Virus record (IMG/VR): IMGVR_UViG_3300008110_000071
Span: 1 to 54,883 of that record
Source: a virus
Taxonomy: Duplodnaviria; Caudoviricetes
DNA length: 54,883 nucleotides
Strand: one strand, 5' to 3'
Both the position numbers and the translations under genes were made by a program. This document shows, one piece after another, positions 10,601 to 21,600 of this stretch. Under the pieces are notes generated by a model. That model saw only the letters and a program-made list of their open reading frames with translations, searched no databases and was not told the DNA's origin. How positions within the stretch are numbered: position 1 is the stretch's first letter; every line of letters starts with the position of its first letter.

Positions 10601-13600
10601 AATATTGCATTATCAGTATCAATAGATGCAGTATAATTAACATTATTTAAATCTGCAAAATCAGTAGTTTTAAAATTATCTGCAATAAATCCAGTTTTAA
10701 ATCTATTATTTCCAAATTCATCTAGTATTAATAAACTGTTGGTTCCAATTTCTAGTAGATTTAATGATGTTAAATTTTCTACGGTTTCTAAACGTTTATC
10801 AATTGATGAAATATCTTTCATTGTATAACGTTTAAAATCACTAATTTTAACACTTGCCAGAGAAGCATCCTTCATGTATGGTGGAATTGTTACTGTAGCC
10901 AGTAACAATGAATTTTGAACTTCTTGAGGTTCTTGTGGAAAATTAGATTCGGATCCTTTTAGTACTAATAGATTGTTATTTTCATCTAAAAATATTTTAT
11001 CAATTCTTCCAAGATAATAATCATAATCTGCACTAATAATTTCACCTGGATATGTAAATGCAGTAATTGGTCTATTTGAAAGAGATATAGAATTAAACAA
11101 ATCAAATGCAGAATTAGTTTCTACAAAAGGAGATGATAATGTGCCAGAAGTTCCTGAAACTGAAGACGGTAGAGTTTCATATCTAAAATCTACAATATCA
11201 GTGTACGCAATCCCATTATATGTTGTGGGTGTAGTTGAAAATGGTTCTTCCGTAAAATTATATGAATTTGCAGTGTAAAAATCATTCGATGTATTGGAAT
11301 GAATATAATAATCAAATATTACAATAAATTTATTTGTTGGAATTGGCCTTCCATCGTTTCTAACTAATTTTGAAATATTATAAAATTCAGTGGAATCATT
11401 CTTAACTAAATTAAAATTGTTTGTAATATCTATGTAATTTCCATGTGTAACTGAAGTAATAAATTTACCTTGCACATTAGAATTTCCTGCGACTACAATT
11501 TCTAGAGGTTGAGTAAATGTAACTGGAAATTTATTGGATGTTAAATATTTAATATATAATGTATTTCCACTTATAGAAATAACTCTAGCATTAGCTAATT
11601 CATAATAAATTATATCTCCTACTTGTATTTGGCTTGAGCTATTTACTACAACTTTATCAAATAAAGATGTATTTGCATCTGATGCAGATGTAGCTTCATG
11701 TATTGCATGAATTCTATATACATCAGCAAATTTTAATGAAATTTCTTTATCTGAAATTCTAGTTCCATATTTGACGTTTGAACTATTTTTTTGCTTATCT
11801 ACCAATAAACATGTAAATTTATTTGCGGTTTTGAGTTTTAATGATGGATTATTTACTCTTACTTTATATGTAACTAATACTGAAGACCCAATTAATGTAC
11901 TATCAACGTCTAAACGCACACTATTTGACTGAGAAGATTCGTTTACTGTATAATTAATATTTCCTGTGGAACTATTTGAAACACTTATATCTCCGGTTGA
12001 TATAGAATAATCTGAAGTTGTTGAAATGATAATAGACGCACTTGAGCTGACAACTTTAAGTTCATTTACTATTTTATAATATGATAAATCTGTTGTTTCT
12101 TTAACCGTATTTGGAAATTTAGAAAAGAAATTTGCTCCAAAAGTTTTTAATTTTGGAACTAATTTTTTAATAGAATAATAATTTCCATTTCCAATACCAG
12201 GAGAAGATAGAGTTACCGATTCTCCTGAAATTGACTGTATTGTAACAATACTAGTTGCAATTTCAAGTTTCATTCCAGCTTTTAAATCTCTTGAAAAATT
12301 AGTAGAGATTCCAGTTAAAATATTATTTGATACTGTAAATGAAGATCCAGAAATTGAAATTTTTTCCAATTCTAATTCAGCAGTTGCTCCATTGGATGTA
12401 ATAATTGAAGTTATATTTTCAATTTTATAATTTACTGCACTATTAATAATGTATGATGCTGAATTATTACTATTAGTAAATGATACTCCACTGGAAAAAT
12501 CTCCAGTGGTTTGTCGCACAGTAATGTTGTTGCCAGTTATTCCATGAACAACGCCTTGATTTCCATTAGATCCAAAAATAAAATCTCCAACTACTAAAGC
12601 TGGATTTGTGTCAAATGTAGTGATAGTAGAAAATAACGTAACATCACAAACAAATAGTCTTCCACTAGAAATTAATCCCAACGATCTACACTGACCAATT
12701 TGAGTTCCTGAACTTAATAATTGAATTGTAGCTCCAAATGGAATTACTCCACCTGTAATGGTATTAACCTTTAATGTAAAATAATTACCAAAAATTGAAG
12801 AAATTCCTTGATTATTCAAAGATAAAAATGATCTAGGTTTTTCTACTGTTAAATATTTTTTACTTGTATTGGTAAGTTCATATCCTTTCACGTATGCCTT
12901 TAGTGGATCTAGTTCAATAGTATAGTAATCTAACCCATTAATTGCATTACCATCTTCTGCAGTTACAGGTCGATTTAATATTTTTTTTCCATCTGGAAGT
13001 GTATCATTTAATTTATAGACTCCATTATTCTTTCCAGTATTATAAGTTTCACGAATTCTAAGATTAATATCATTAAGAGTATAATTTCCAGACTCATCAT
13101 AAGTTCGTCTAGCTAAGTTTTTTTCTAATTCATCGTAAACTGAAACTTCAACTTGTTCAACTAACTTTCCTCCATCCAGTCTAAGTAATTCAATAAATGC
13201 CGAGTCAGTTCCAAAATTAATATCTTGTTTTGTCAGTACTGCATCTATTTGTAATCTGTCTGCACCCGGAGCAGTGTAGTTGGAAGAACCAACAGCATTA
13301 TCATACAAAGTAGAATCTGTTTCTGCAGTTACTATAGACTCTTGTATAGATAACCCAATTTTATAAGATGGATAGTTGGAATATTGATCTAATATAATAG
13401 TTTGTGTAGGTACAGTTACAAAAAATCCACGAATAAAAAATATTCCTTCTGTGATGTAAGCAGCACTTCCAACATAATCTGTAGCATTTTGAGATGCTGT
13501 CACTGCTACTGGATTATTAAATTCATCGACTAAAATTTCACCACTAGCAAATTTGGCAAACTGAGTTCCATTTACAATATTTCCAGATGAAATATATTTT

Positions 13601-13983
13601 ACATACAATGTAGCTACGGATTTTTCAGATTCTTCAGCACTAATACTATTAACTACAGTTGCAACTACATTACTTGTTAATCCTCTAACAGTCTTTTCAA
13701 CTAAATTTTCTCTAATAGTTTCAAAACTAATAGAGTTTACAGTTGGCTGTACTAATACTGCATGATATTGAGTATTATAACCTGTTTGGCCAGGAATAAC
13801 TACCGAACCTTCTTTAAATACATGCTGTCCAAATTTTTCAATTTGATATTGTAGCATAGACTGCAGAGTGGTTAACTCTCTAGCCTGCACAGGATAGTTT
13901 GGCTTGAATAATACCTTATAAAATTTTTTATTTTCAGTAAAATCATCAAAGTATGGTTGCAAACTAAGATCTGTATTTTGCAT
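7687..13983 (-). CDS. VrlC-like / DUF4815 large virion protein
   Basis: PYFDDF...KKFYKVLFKP..PVQARELTTLQS, APGADR, LARRTYDESGNY, DPVAQSF, GSLFKSQN.STW. Confidence 0.9.
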   Translation of the reverse strand: MQNTDLSLQPYFDDFTENKKFYKVLFKPNYPVQARELTTLQSMLQYQIEKFGQHVFKEGSVVIPGQTGYNTQYHAVLVQPTVNSISFETIRENLVEKTVRGLTSNVVATVVNSISAEESEKSVATLYVKYISSGNIVNGTQFAKFASGEILVDEFNNPVAVTASQNATDYVGSAAYITEGIFFIRGFFVTVPTQTIILDQYSNYPSYKIGLSIQESIVTAETDSTLYDNAVGSSNYTAPGADRLQIDAVLTKQDINFGTDSAFIELLRLDGGKLVEQVEVSVYDELEKNLARRTYDESGNYTLNDINLRIRETYNTGKNNGVYKLNDTLPDGKKILNRPVTAEDGNAINGLDYYTIELDPLKAYVKGYELTNTSKKYLTVEKPRSFLSLNNQGISSIFGNYFTLKVNTITGGVIPFGATIQLLSSGTQIGQCRSLGLISSGRLFVCDVTLFSTITTFDTNPALVVGDFIFGSNGNQGVVHGITGNNITVRQTTGDFSSGVSFTNSNNSASYIINSAVNYKIENITSIITSNGATAELELEKISISGSSFTVSNNILTGISTNFSRDLKAGMKLEIATSIVTIQSISGESVTLSSPGIGNGNYYSIKKLVPKLKTFGANFFSKFPNTVKETTDLSYYKIVNELKVVSSSASIIISTTSDYSISTGDISVSNSSTGNINYTVNESSQSNSVRLDVDSTLIGSSVLVTYKVRVNNPSLKLKTANKFTCLLVDKQKNSSNVKYGTRISDKEISLKFADVYRIHAIHEATSASDANTSLFDKVVVNSSSQIQVGDIIYYELANARVISISGNTLYIKYLTSNKFPVTFTQPLEIVVAGNSNVQGKFITSVTHGNYIDITNNFNLVKNDSTEFYNISKLVRNDGRPIPTNKFIVIFDYYIHSNTSNDFYTANSYNFTEEPFSTTPTTYNGIAYTDIVDFRYETLPSSVSGTSGTLSSPFVETNSAFDLFNSISLSNRPITAFTYPGEIISADYDYYLGRIDKIFLDENNNLLVLKGSESNFPQEPQEVQNSLLLATVTIPPYMKDASLASVKISDFKRYTMKDISSIDKRLETVENLTSLNLLEIGTNSLLILDEFGNNRFKTGFIADNFKTTDFADLNNVNYTASIDTDNAILRPYPYATKIGVNYDQASTTVKSGSIVTLPYTENEYISQQYASRVENLQPFEVISWNGEINLQPNKDVWFDTVRTETNTQQIDLSTPFRALFDRTTALADQWNDWNRNIVPRLQVAGGTLNVSNVGEVDNTFTTFTQDIEVGDSINNIEVNRFVRSRLVYLSANKLKANTVIHFFVDEVLHDEMIFPLDIIDMTERTGTFVIGEKVFLSNTNTVTTPPESTTIETTVISSSLGNYTSSSTYLSIQPPTTSDGTQLNPTILNSTFYIIGETSGAIGKVTLLNLARVKTDAAGSLEAFLVIPPDTFETGNLSFKVCDQVTGTSIYGISETSAVATYDTLGTTVNLTSNVMSLDLPEISSGPIRGTTVRFIAFPPPPPPAGGGDPVAQSFYVDSQGGVFLSSIDLYFQSKDSTTPVSIEIRTMENGTLTNTVVPNSVAIVQASNVNISSDASRATKFTFPSLVYLNQDTYYAFVVKSDSKLYKIWISRLNEADVTTSYAIDKQPYSGSLFKSQNMSTWTPDQFEDIKFTINRAKFATNSTYTCVLNNDPVADVTLIQSPLQMTLNSSDITVFQPNHCMNTTQNYVRISGITSDAPATILNTSITSTYIGNITVGNASSTTWQTVNGFPVSASNPGYLMIDNEIIKYTSKSGNTLSVSERGIAGTVATGHSLNSPVMCYNLNGIPLIEINKVHKIVDVIDFDNYKISTISKASLDLRSGGDTAKASRNIQYEELYPNLNNLVLPSTDMSITFTSVSGSSLYGPKNSFSQLNQESIENKKYCKMNSSRLIASSPNTAVYYPGSPTTLKLNVNMSSSSDNVSPIIELYGSSINTVSNRLSKKLIDNDIDISAELTPSSGFYSSYITKKVTLEGVSTSIKVFFDAVRTQGLNGSYSDIKVFVKAVGDGNLTSFNQSGYVEVPSLSYPKSSNSNDYKAFEFELKNLPEFKQYAVKICMIAEDQTNIIKIRNFRAISLAV

Positions 13984-14016
13984 CTATTTAACCTTCAAAT
14001 TTTTTGTTCTTTTTAT

Positions 14017-14023
14017 TATTTAT
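14017..14023 (-). promoter_or_regulatory. Late promoter ATAAATA
   Basis: Intergenic, upstream of ATG 13983. Confidence 0.55.
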
Positions 14024-14024
14024 T

Positions 14025-15629
14025 TTAAAACTCGATAACCAATTTAACATCTTCAATTTGATCATTAGAACGGAATACTGGTTTTCTATTTTCAACATAT
14101 AAAATATTGCCACTATATGGAGTTATTTCGGAAGTAAAATAACCATTTGTAAACTGAATTGCAGGTAGCCCTGCGATTGTACCTGTGAATGCAGAGTCCG
14201 GTGTAGCAGACCCAGTTGAGCTAGAAATTGCAGAATTTCCTTCAAATGCAATCAATTTATTTTTGCTGCCTACAGATTCTTGAGCTGCTGAAATATATTC
14301 ATTTTGATAATATCTTAAAACTTTGTTTATTGTATCCCAATGAATAACTCTTCCTTTTGCTTCATATGTAACTCCATTGACTGTTCTAGTTTGAGTTATA
14401 ATTTCACCATTTAAAAATGTAGTTGTTTCTGGTGTAGTGTCTAAAAATTTAACTGCTTTACACACTGTTCCAGTAGTTTCAACAAAATCTAAACTACTAA
14501 TTTGAGGATCTTCGATAAGTCCAAATCTTCTAAACTCCATGTTAACTGGAATATCACCATTGCCATCTAAGAATTCAATACTTTTATTAATCATCACCCT
14601 ATATCCACCTAATTCACTAAGTGCATTTTTGCCATGGCCCCCTGGAGGAGAAATAATTGGGATAATATTTGCTGTAGTTGCATTTATTCCCAATCCCACT
14701 ATAGAACCACTTAAATTACTTGTAGAATAGCATTTGGATAAATCAATATATCCAAATGTATATCCAGTACCTACTGCAGAAACGGATGCATTAGTAATTA
14801 CTCCTGAAGAGATTGTAATTTGAACAATACCTCCTGTTCCATTTCCATCAATACTAGTATAAACAGTTCCAGATGTAGTGCTGCCGTTAATAACAAGTCC
14901 AGAACCAGCATTTTGAATAAGTACTTGATCAATTGAACCGGAAATTGCAGCATTTACAACTGTAGATTCTATTTTAACTGGAATAAAATCTGTAGACACA
15001 AATTTGATATAATCTGCAACTCCTATAGTATACATATATTTCCATCTATATCCATCCCCAGTAGTTTGTATAGTTGGAGTAGTTGCAGATGGTTTTACGG
15101 TTGATGGTTTTCCATTAGGATATGCCCCCCCAGCTGGAGTCTGGCCATTGTAAATACATTTGTATACACGAAAATCGTCAGTCAGCACATAAAAACTAGA
15201 ATCATATAATTTTGGTTGTAGTGATGCTTTAGCTAAATTTGATGGTCCATAATCATGCCTATACATATCATATACAATTCCAGATTGCCAATTTCTTTTA
15301 CGAATTACATGAGAAACATCTGCTGGCTGAATTCGTTTAATTGCTATCATATCATCATAAATTTCATTTAGTTCATCTAAGTTATCGACTGGATTTGGGG
15401 GTGTTTGATCACTAACTGATGATAACGAACCATATTTTTCTTTGATTGTGCCATTCACATCATTCCAATTATAAGATCTTCCAATGAACAAATATATTTT
15501 ACTTCTATATGCCTGAGCACTAGTAGAAGAATCTACATCTTGAGTTTGGCCTGTAAAAGGCTCTGCAAGTGATTCTATAAATTGTTGTGCTGCAAACACT
15601 CTAAAATTATCAGTTACTAAAGAAGGCAT
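14025..15629 (-). CDS. gp8: Baseplate wedge subunit
   Basis: YDMYRHDY, FYV.T.DFRVYKCIYN, DGYRWKYMYT, EDVKLVIEF. Confidence 0.93.
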   Translation of the reverse strand: MPSLVTDNFRVFAAQQFIESLAEPFTGQTQDVDSSTSAQAYRSKIYLFIGRSYNWNDVNGTIKEKYGSLSSVSDQTPPNPVDNLDELNEIYDDMIAIKRIQPADVSHVIRKRNWQSGIVYDMYRHDYGPSNLAKASLQPKLYDSSFYVLTDDFRVYKCIYNGQTPAGGAYPNGKPSTVKPSATTPTIQTTGDGYRWKYMYTIGVADYIKFVSTDFIPVKIESTVVNAAISGSIDQVLIQNAGSGLVINGSTTSGTVYTSIDGNGTGGIVQITISSGVITNASVSAVGTGYTFGYIDLSKCYSTSNLSGSIVGLGINATTANIIPIISPPGGHGKNALSELGGYRVMINKSIEFLDGNGDIPVNMEFRRFGLIEDPQISSLDFVETTGTVCKAVKFLDTTPETTTFLNGEIITQTRTVNGVTYEAKGRVIHWDTINKVLRYYQNEYISAAQESVGSKNKLIAFEGNSAISSSTGSATPDSAFTGTIAGLPAIQFTNGYFTSEITPYSGNILYVENRKPVFRSNDQIEDVKLVIEF

Positions 15630-15663
15630 TAGTTTTATCCTTGTAGTTAGTCTTTTGTATAAT

Positions 15664-15670
15664 TATTTAT
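15664..15670 (-). promoter_or_regulatory. Late promoter ATAAATA
   Basis: Intergenic, upstream of gp8 with AAGGA RBS. Confidence 0.55.
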
Positions 15671-18600
15671 TTAAATAAACCCATCAAAATACACGAGTGT
15701 ATTTTGCGTATGTGAAGTTGCATTTGACCCTCGTGTACATCCAAATAAACGTGGATATGCTTCATCTGTATTAATAATGGTATATTCTATTATTTCAGAG
15801 TCTATGATAACTTTATAACTATCATAACCTTCACCTTTATTCTTTAAATTTATAGATGTTATAGTTCCAGAAGAATTTAGTACAGGTTCGATAATACATC
15901 CAAATCCCCCACCTCCAACAACTTTAATTTCTATATCTTTCTCATTATAATTGCTGCCACCATTTATAAGTTGTACTTTAGTTACTCTGCCATTGCTAAC
16001 AAATGGTATAAATGTTGCGCCAGAACCAGTAGATGAATTTACAGTAATTTGAATATTACTAGATCCAAATCTATAGGAATTAAAAATTTTAACAAATTCT
16101 TGACTAGAATTCATTGTTTCATTCAATTTAGTTGCAAATGTAACAGAAGATTTACTAGTTAAATTTTGTTGCTCTACGTATGAGTATGCAGTAGCAACTA
16201 CTGTAGGATTAACATATTGATCATATCCTTCAATTTGAATTTTTACAGGTCCAACTACAGCATTTCCAGAATTTATATCTATGGTAGCACTTCCTACCGC
16301 ATTGTATCCAGAACCCTTTGCAACTAATATAACTGGGTCTGTATAATTATTTCCCCCAGCAGTAATATTAAAACTAGTAACTTTACCATTTGCTATAGTA
16401 GTATTTGCACTAAACCCAGAAGCTTTATTTCCGGTGTATGGCTCAGTTTTTAATACCGTAGGTGATAGTACCGAAGTTACTATTCTAGAATTTTCTTCTC
16501 CATCAATTGCTAATGTATCTCCTGGGGAAATTTGATATGAAATATCTGTTGTATTTACATCAGAATAAGTTCCCCTAAAATCTAAAATTGTTAACTTATT
16601 AGTTCCAGTGATATTATTAGTAAATACTATTTTGTTATTATCAATATAATAATCATACAATGGACTTTGAATATTTCCATTTTTAATAACTAAAATTTGA
16701 TTTTCATGTTTTCTTGGCCTTTCTATAACTGCATTTGGGTAATAATCTGTGGCATCTATTTTCTTTAAATTATATACTTTACCCCCAAACCCGGAAGTAA
16801 TGGTTTGTAATTTTAGGAATGACCCTACAGATTTAACTGAAATTATATCTGTACTAACTGGAGCAGTTGTAAACTGAATTTGACTATTATTATCTCCCTG
16901 TAATGTATAGTCTACACCAGGGTCAAGAATTTTGCCATTTTTAGTTATGATAATACTTGATTCAGAAGCTATTGAATCGTTTTCTATAGTTCCAACTGGG
17001 GTAAAGTTTTGCTCATTTAAGAACATATTGAATTTAGTGTTTACTCCATTATATGGAGTATTGATTTGATCAAGTAATTTTATGAGTCCTTCAAATTTAA
17101 TTCCAAATAGTGTGCTACTTATATTTTGAGTAATATTTAAATCTACATTGTTGGTATTTACATATGAGAAATTTTGTAGTTCTTCAAAACACCATTGTGT
17201 TGTGCCAAAAATACATAAATTTGATCTTTCTGCCGTAGAAATAGACTGACTCAGTGTATATCTATTAGCTGTTCCAGTTGCTGTTAAATTTACTACAGTA
17301 TTACCGTGCATTCTAACCATGAAGATAACATCAGTAGGATTTGGAGGTTGAGTAAAGTACACCATACCCCTTTGTGAAGATAACGTATATTGAACTCCAG
17401 GATGTTGAATTCTCCCATTTATTGATACTAAAATATCTGCATCTGTTACAATATCTGCAACAACTAAATTATTATTATTGTAATAGGTTCTAAATTTAGT
17501 TCTATATCCATCAGTATAATCGTCAAATTTATCAATAGTTGTTGTAGCTACAGTTTTTATAACAAATGCATTTGTAATTGGTATATTTTCACTTAAAGTT
17601 ATAGTATTTCCAGATATAGTAAAATTGTCGTTGTAAAATTGATTAGTTCCATCTAAGTATACAATTATATTTTTATATTGTTCTGGGGGAATTGATGATG
17701 CTAATGTAATTGTAGTTCCATTAATATTTGTAATTGAAATTTTATCATTTCCATGGCAATATAGTAGGTATATGTCATCCTCAACAGTTATGTTCGTAGT
17801 AAATGTAATAAATCCATTACCTGTAGTGTAATCAACTTCAGGATTTTGAACAATACCATTTCGTAGAAGTAGAATATCTGAAATTTCAACTGGATTTACA
17901 CTAGAATAATTTGAAAGTAATTTATAAGTTGATTTTGAATAATTATCATCAAAATCATCTATAATTTCTGTTTCATTAGAACCAATTTGATAAATGTGCA
18001 CTTCACTACCAGCTAATATTCCAGGAATAGTAATTAATGACCCAGATACAGAATATGAAGTAGTAGGTAATTGATATACACCATTTATACTGACAATTAA
18101 ATCTGAATTAATTGGAGGTTCGGTGGCTATCGGTGATCCATTTATTTGTAAACTATAAGTTTCAACTCCAGAAACAGTAGTAATCGTATCAAAAGTTCTT
18201 TTTTGATTTTGAAACGCTAATATTGTAACATTATCAAATGATAAACTAACAAATCCTGCAAAAATTAATCTATTTGTGCCACTATCAAAACTCCAAGAAT
18301 TTCCTACTTGTAGAGTTCCATTTACAAAAATTAAAAGTGTGTTAATATCTACTGCTGGAGTTTGACTTGTATATTGTAAAGTCGTAGTATTATATTGTGT
18401 AAATCTATTTGTAATATTAACTAAATCATTTGATTTATAATTTACAATATGCAATGGCTCTTGTGTGGTCAATGGAGAGTCAAATTGAATATATCTTGCA
18501 TTAGAATTTCCTCCAATAGTATAATCTACATCTGGTTTTTGATAAACTCCATTTCTAGTAATTATCAAATTACTAGAACTATACACTTGAGAACTAACAT

Positions 18601-21600
18601 AGTTTGTTGTTAATGCAAAAGTAGTTCTCACTCCATCTATCTGTTTAAATGTATCTATTGCAAAATTTTGATTTATACCATTATATGCATAATAGCAATA
18701 TATGTTATCAGTTAAAAGTGGAGCATCGGAGAAGGTAATATTTGAACCAGATATAGTATAATCAATTCCCGGTTTTTGATATACTCCGTTTCTAACAACA
18801 AACAAATGATATACTGAGATTGGAGTAAATAAAATTCCGTCTATTGAAATTGGCCAAGTAGTTCTTATTCCGTCAAAAAATTGTAAAGTGTCTAATAATA
18901 CATTTTTAGTATTTGCTGGAGATAATTGTCTATTAAAACGTAAAATATTATAAGTATCGGAATTTGCAGGCGCAGTTTGAAATGTTATTTTATTTTGAGA
19001 TACGGAATGAGTTTGTAAATCTGGTCTTAATAACGAATTATTTTTTATTGCAAATACATCACCAGTATTATTTGTATATTGTGGAACTCCTTTATCAGAT
19101 AAATTAAAAGTTTTTCTAGAAGAATTTTGAACTACATTTAATCTATCAAGGTTAGCCCCTTTAGATGTTAAATTATTTGCAAAATATTTGCTGTTAAAAT
19201 CAATAATAGTACATTTATTTGATGATGTGTACGTTTGCACAAAAGTAATAGACGAACCAGTAACTGAATATTGATCATGATCTAAAACATTATTATCAAT
19301 ATTAACTATTAAATTAATTTCTCCATTAATTGGAGTGTATGTAAGACCATTTCTATATGTTAAATTAAATGTTTTTGAAAACCCATTAAATATAATAGGA
19401 TTCAAAACTTCAACATAACTGGTTGAATATTCAGGGCTAGAATACATAAATTTAGTATCTATGCCATATACAGTATCTGAATTTTCAGTATATACTGTAC
19501 CATCAAGTAAATTTTTTGTTATTTCGTATGTTGATTTTGGAGATTTACTTGAATTGGCTTCAAGGTATTCGGTTAATTTTTGTAAATTTATTGGCTTTAC
19601 ATCAATAATTTTGCGGGTATTAATATCCCCTATATCTACAATTGAACAAGTTACATTTTCATCAATATACCATCCTACTAAATTTACAAAAGGATTATTA
19701 ATTAAATTGCTAAAGATTAACTGATTTCCGCTTAAAGAATAATTGGCTAATGGAGATAAATGAGTTTGATACACTCCATTAACAAATATCATCAAATTAC
19801 ATGTTGTTGATGGAGTGTAATTTATAGTATAATTAGCACCAGCTCCTGTAAATGTTAAAGCTTTTAAATTTGGATGGTATAAAACATTAAGATTATCAGC
19901 TTCTGATAATGTAATTGAATTAAACGTTAAAATATTTCCACTGAGAGTAAACGCTGTTTGTGCTTGTACAACACCATTAATTGAAATTATAAGTTGTTCT
20001 TTAGACGATGGAACTACTGGACTTGAATTCGCAGTTAATGTTACTTGATTTGAAAATAAAGTAGTTGTTAAAATTTGAAACGGACTTTGAATCCTTTGTA
20101 ATATAATATTATCACTGGAAGATACTGTAAACCTTGGAATATAATCTGACTCAGTTAAATAATATGATTCATATGGAAGTTGATATACACCATTACAAAA
20201 AGAAATACCATAATTAGTTTCACTGGCATTTTGATTAATAAATTCTAAGGGTACTTTAAATATATACTCTCCCAATTCAAACTCTACATCACTAATTACA
20301 TTAATCGTGATATAATTTTCATTAATTGCTGTAATAATACCAAATGATTTACTAAAACTGCCATAAACAATATCAGATACTAAAAATGATGATGCATCAA
20401 ATACTGCAATTTTTAATAAATTGGACTTCGGTAAATTTACAGTTAAATCAATTAAATTATTTAATGTAGACTTAAAAATAACTGAACTATTAAATACTTC
20501 TTCTTTTGTCTCAAAAAATTCTCGTTTGTTTTCAATTCTATGTTTTCCAAATACCTTAAATCCAGATACATGAGTATTATCAAGTACTTGATTTTTCCAT
20601 TCGGAAGTATTTCTATTTGATGTTATTGTATATGACCAATCTTGAGTATAATCACTATCAATAATTTTTTGACTTGAATCGCTAACAAAACCAAGATTAT
20701 CTAAAAATTTTGGTGTGTATTTAATATAAGGAGATCTTTTGCAATAAACTGAAGCATTACTAATACTTTGAATATTTCCATATAACACCCCAAGTGGGTC
20801 ATAAATCGCATCCCCATTTGAGATAGTTCCAGATATCACATAGTACTCTAATGTAGATGATTGCGAATCAAATTTTACAACTTCGGCTTTAACATTAGAT
20901 GTGGGAGTTCCAAATGTTAAAATATCACCCTGATTGAGCTGTTTTCTTTTTAATTTTGAATTAAAAGTTGCCCCAAAACCAAATTGGCTTTGGACACCAA
21001 TTGTAGGAAATGAAGTTAAATTATATTTACTTTTTAAAACATTAACTTTTCTAATAATTCCAGAATCAGCTATTATCTCAAACTCATAGTTTAAATCTAT
21101 TACACCATTTACAGTTATTTTATCCAATGAAGAATTATAATTGTTGCCACCATCTAAAACTTCAATAGAGTCCAATTCAAAATTATTAATAAGTTTGGCA
21201 CTGTTTGGAATTTTTAACTGATACTTAGTATTTTTATTACCAATTAGTTCATTGCCAACCGAATCATATGTAAACTTCGTAAGCTTTCCTACCTCAGACG
21301 AATTTAGTTGAATAAGTGCTCCAGTGCCAAATTGAGAATTTATTCCGATTACTTCCGGCAATTTAGAATAATTTTTTCCATAATTTGAAATATTAATGGT
21401 ATTAATAGGACCTAATGCGGTAAGTGAATTAGTAATATACGATATGTTTTCCAATGATAATGTTGTCAAATTTGTTAAATTTTCTACTGCAAATTTAGTA
21501 GTTGATATTACACTGAAAACTGTTTGATTTCCTAAATTAGCATTAAACTTTACCTTGTCTCCAACTAATAAACCATGATTTTCACTAGTCGTAAATACTA

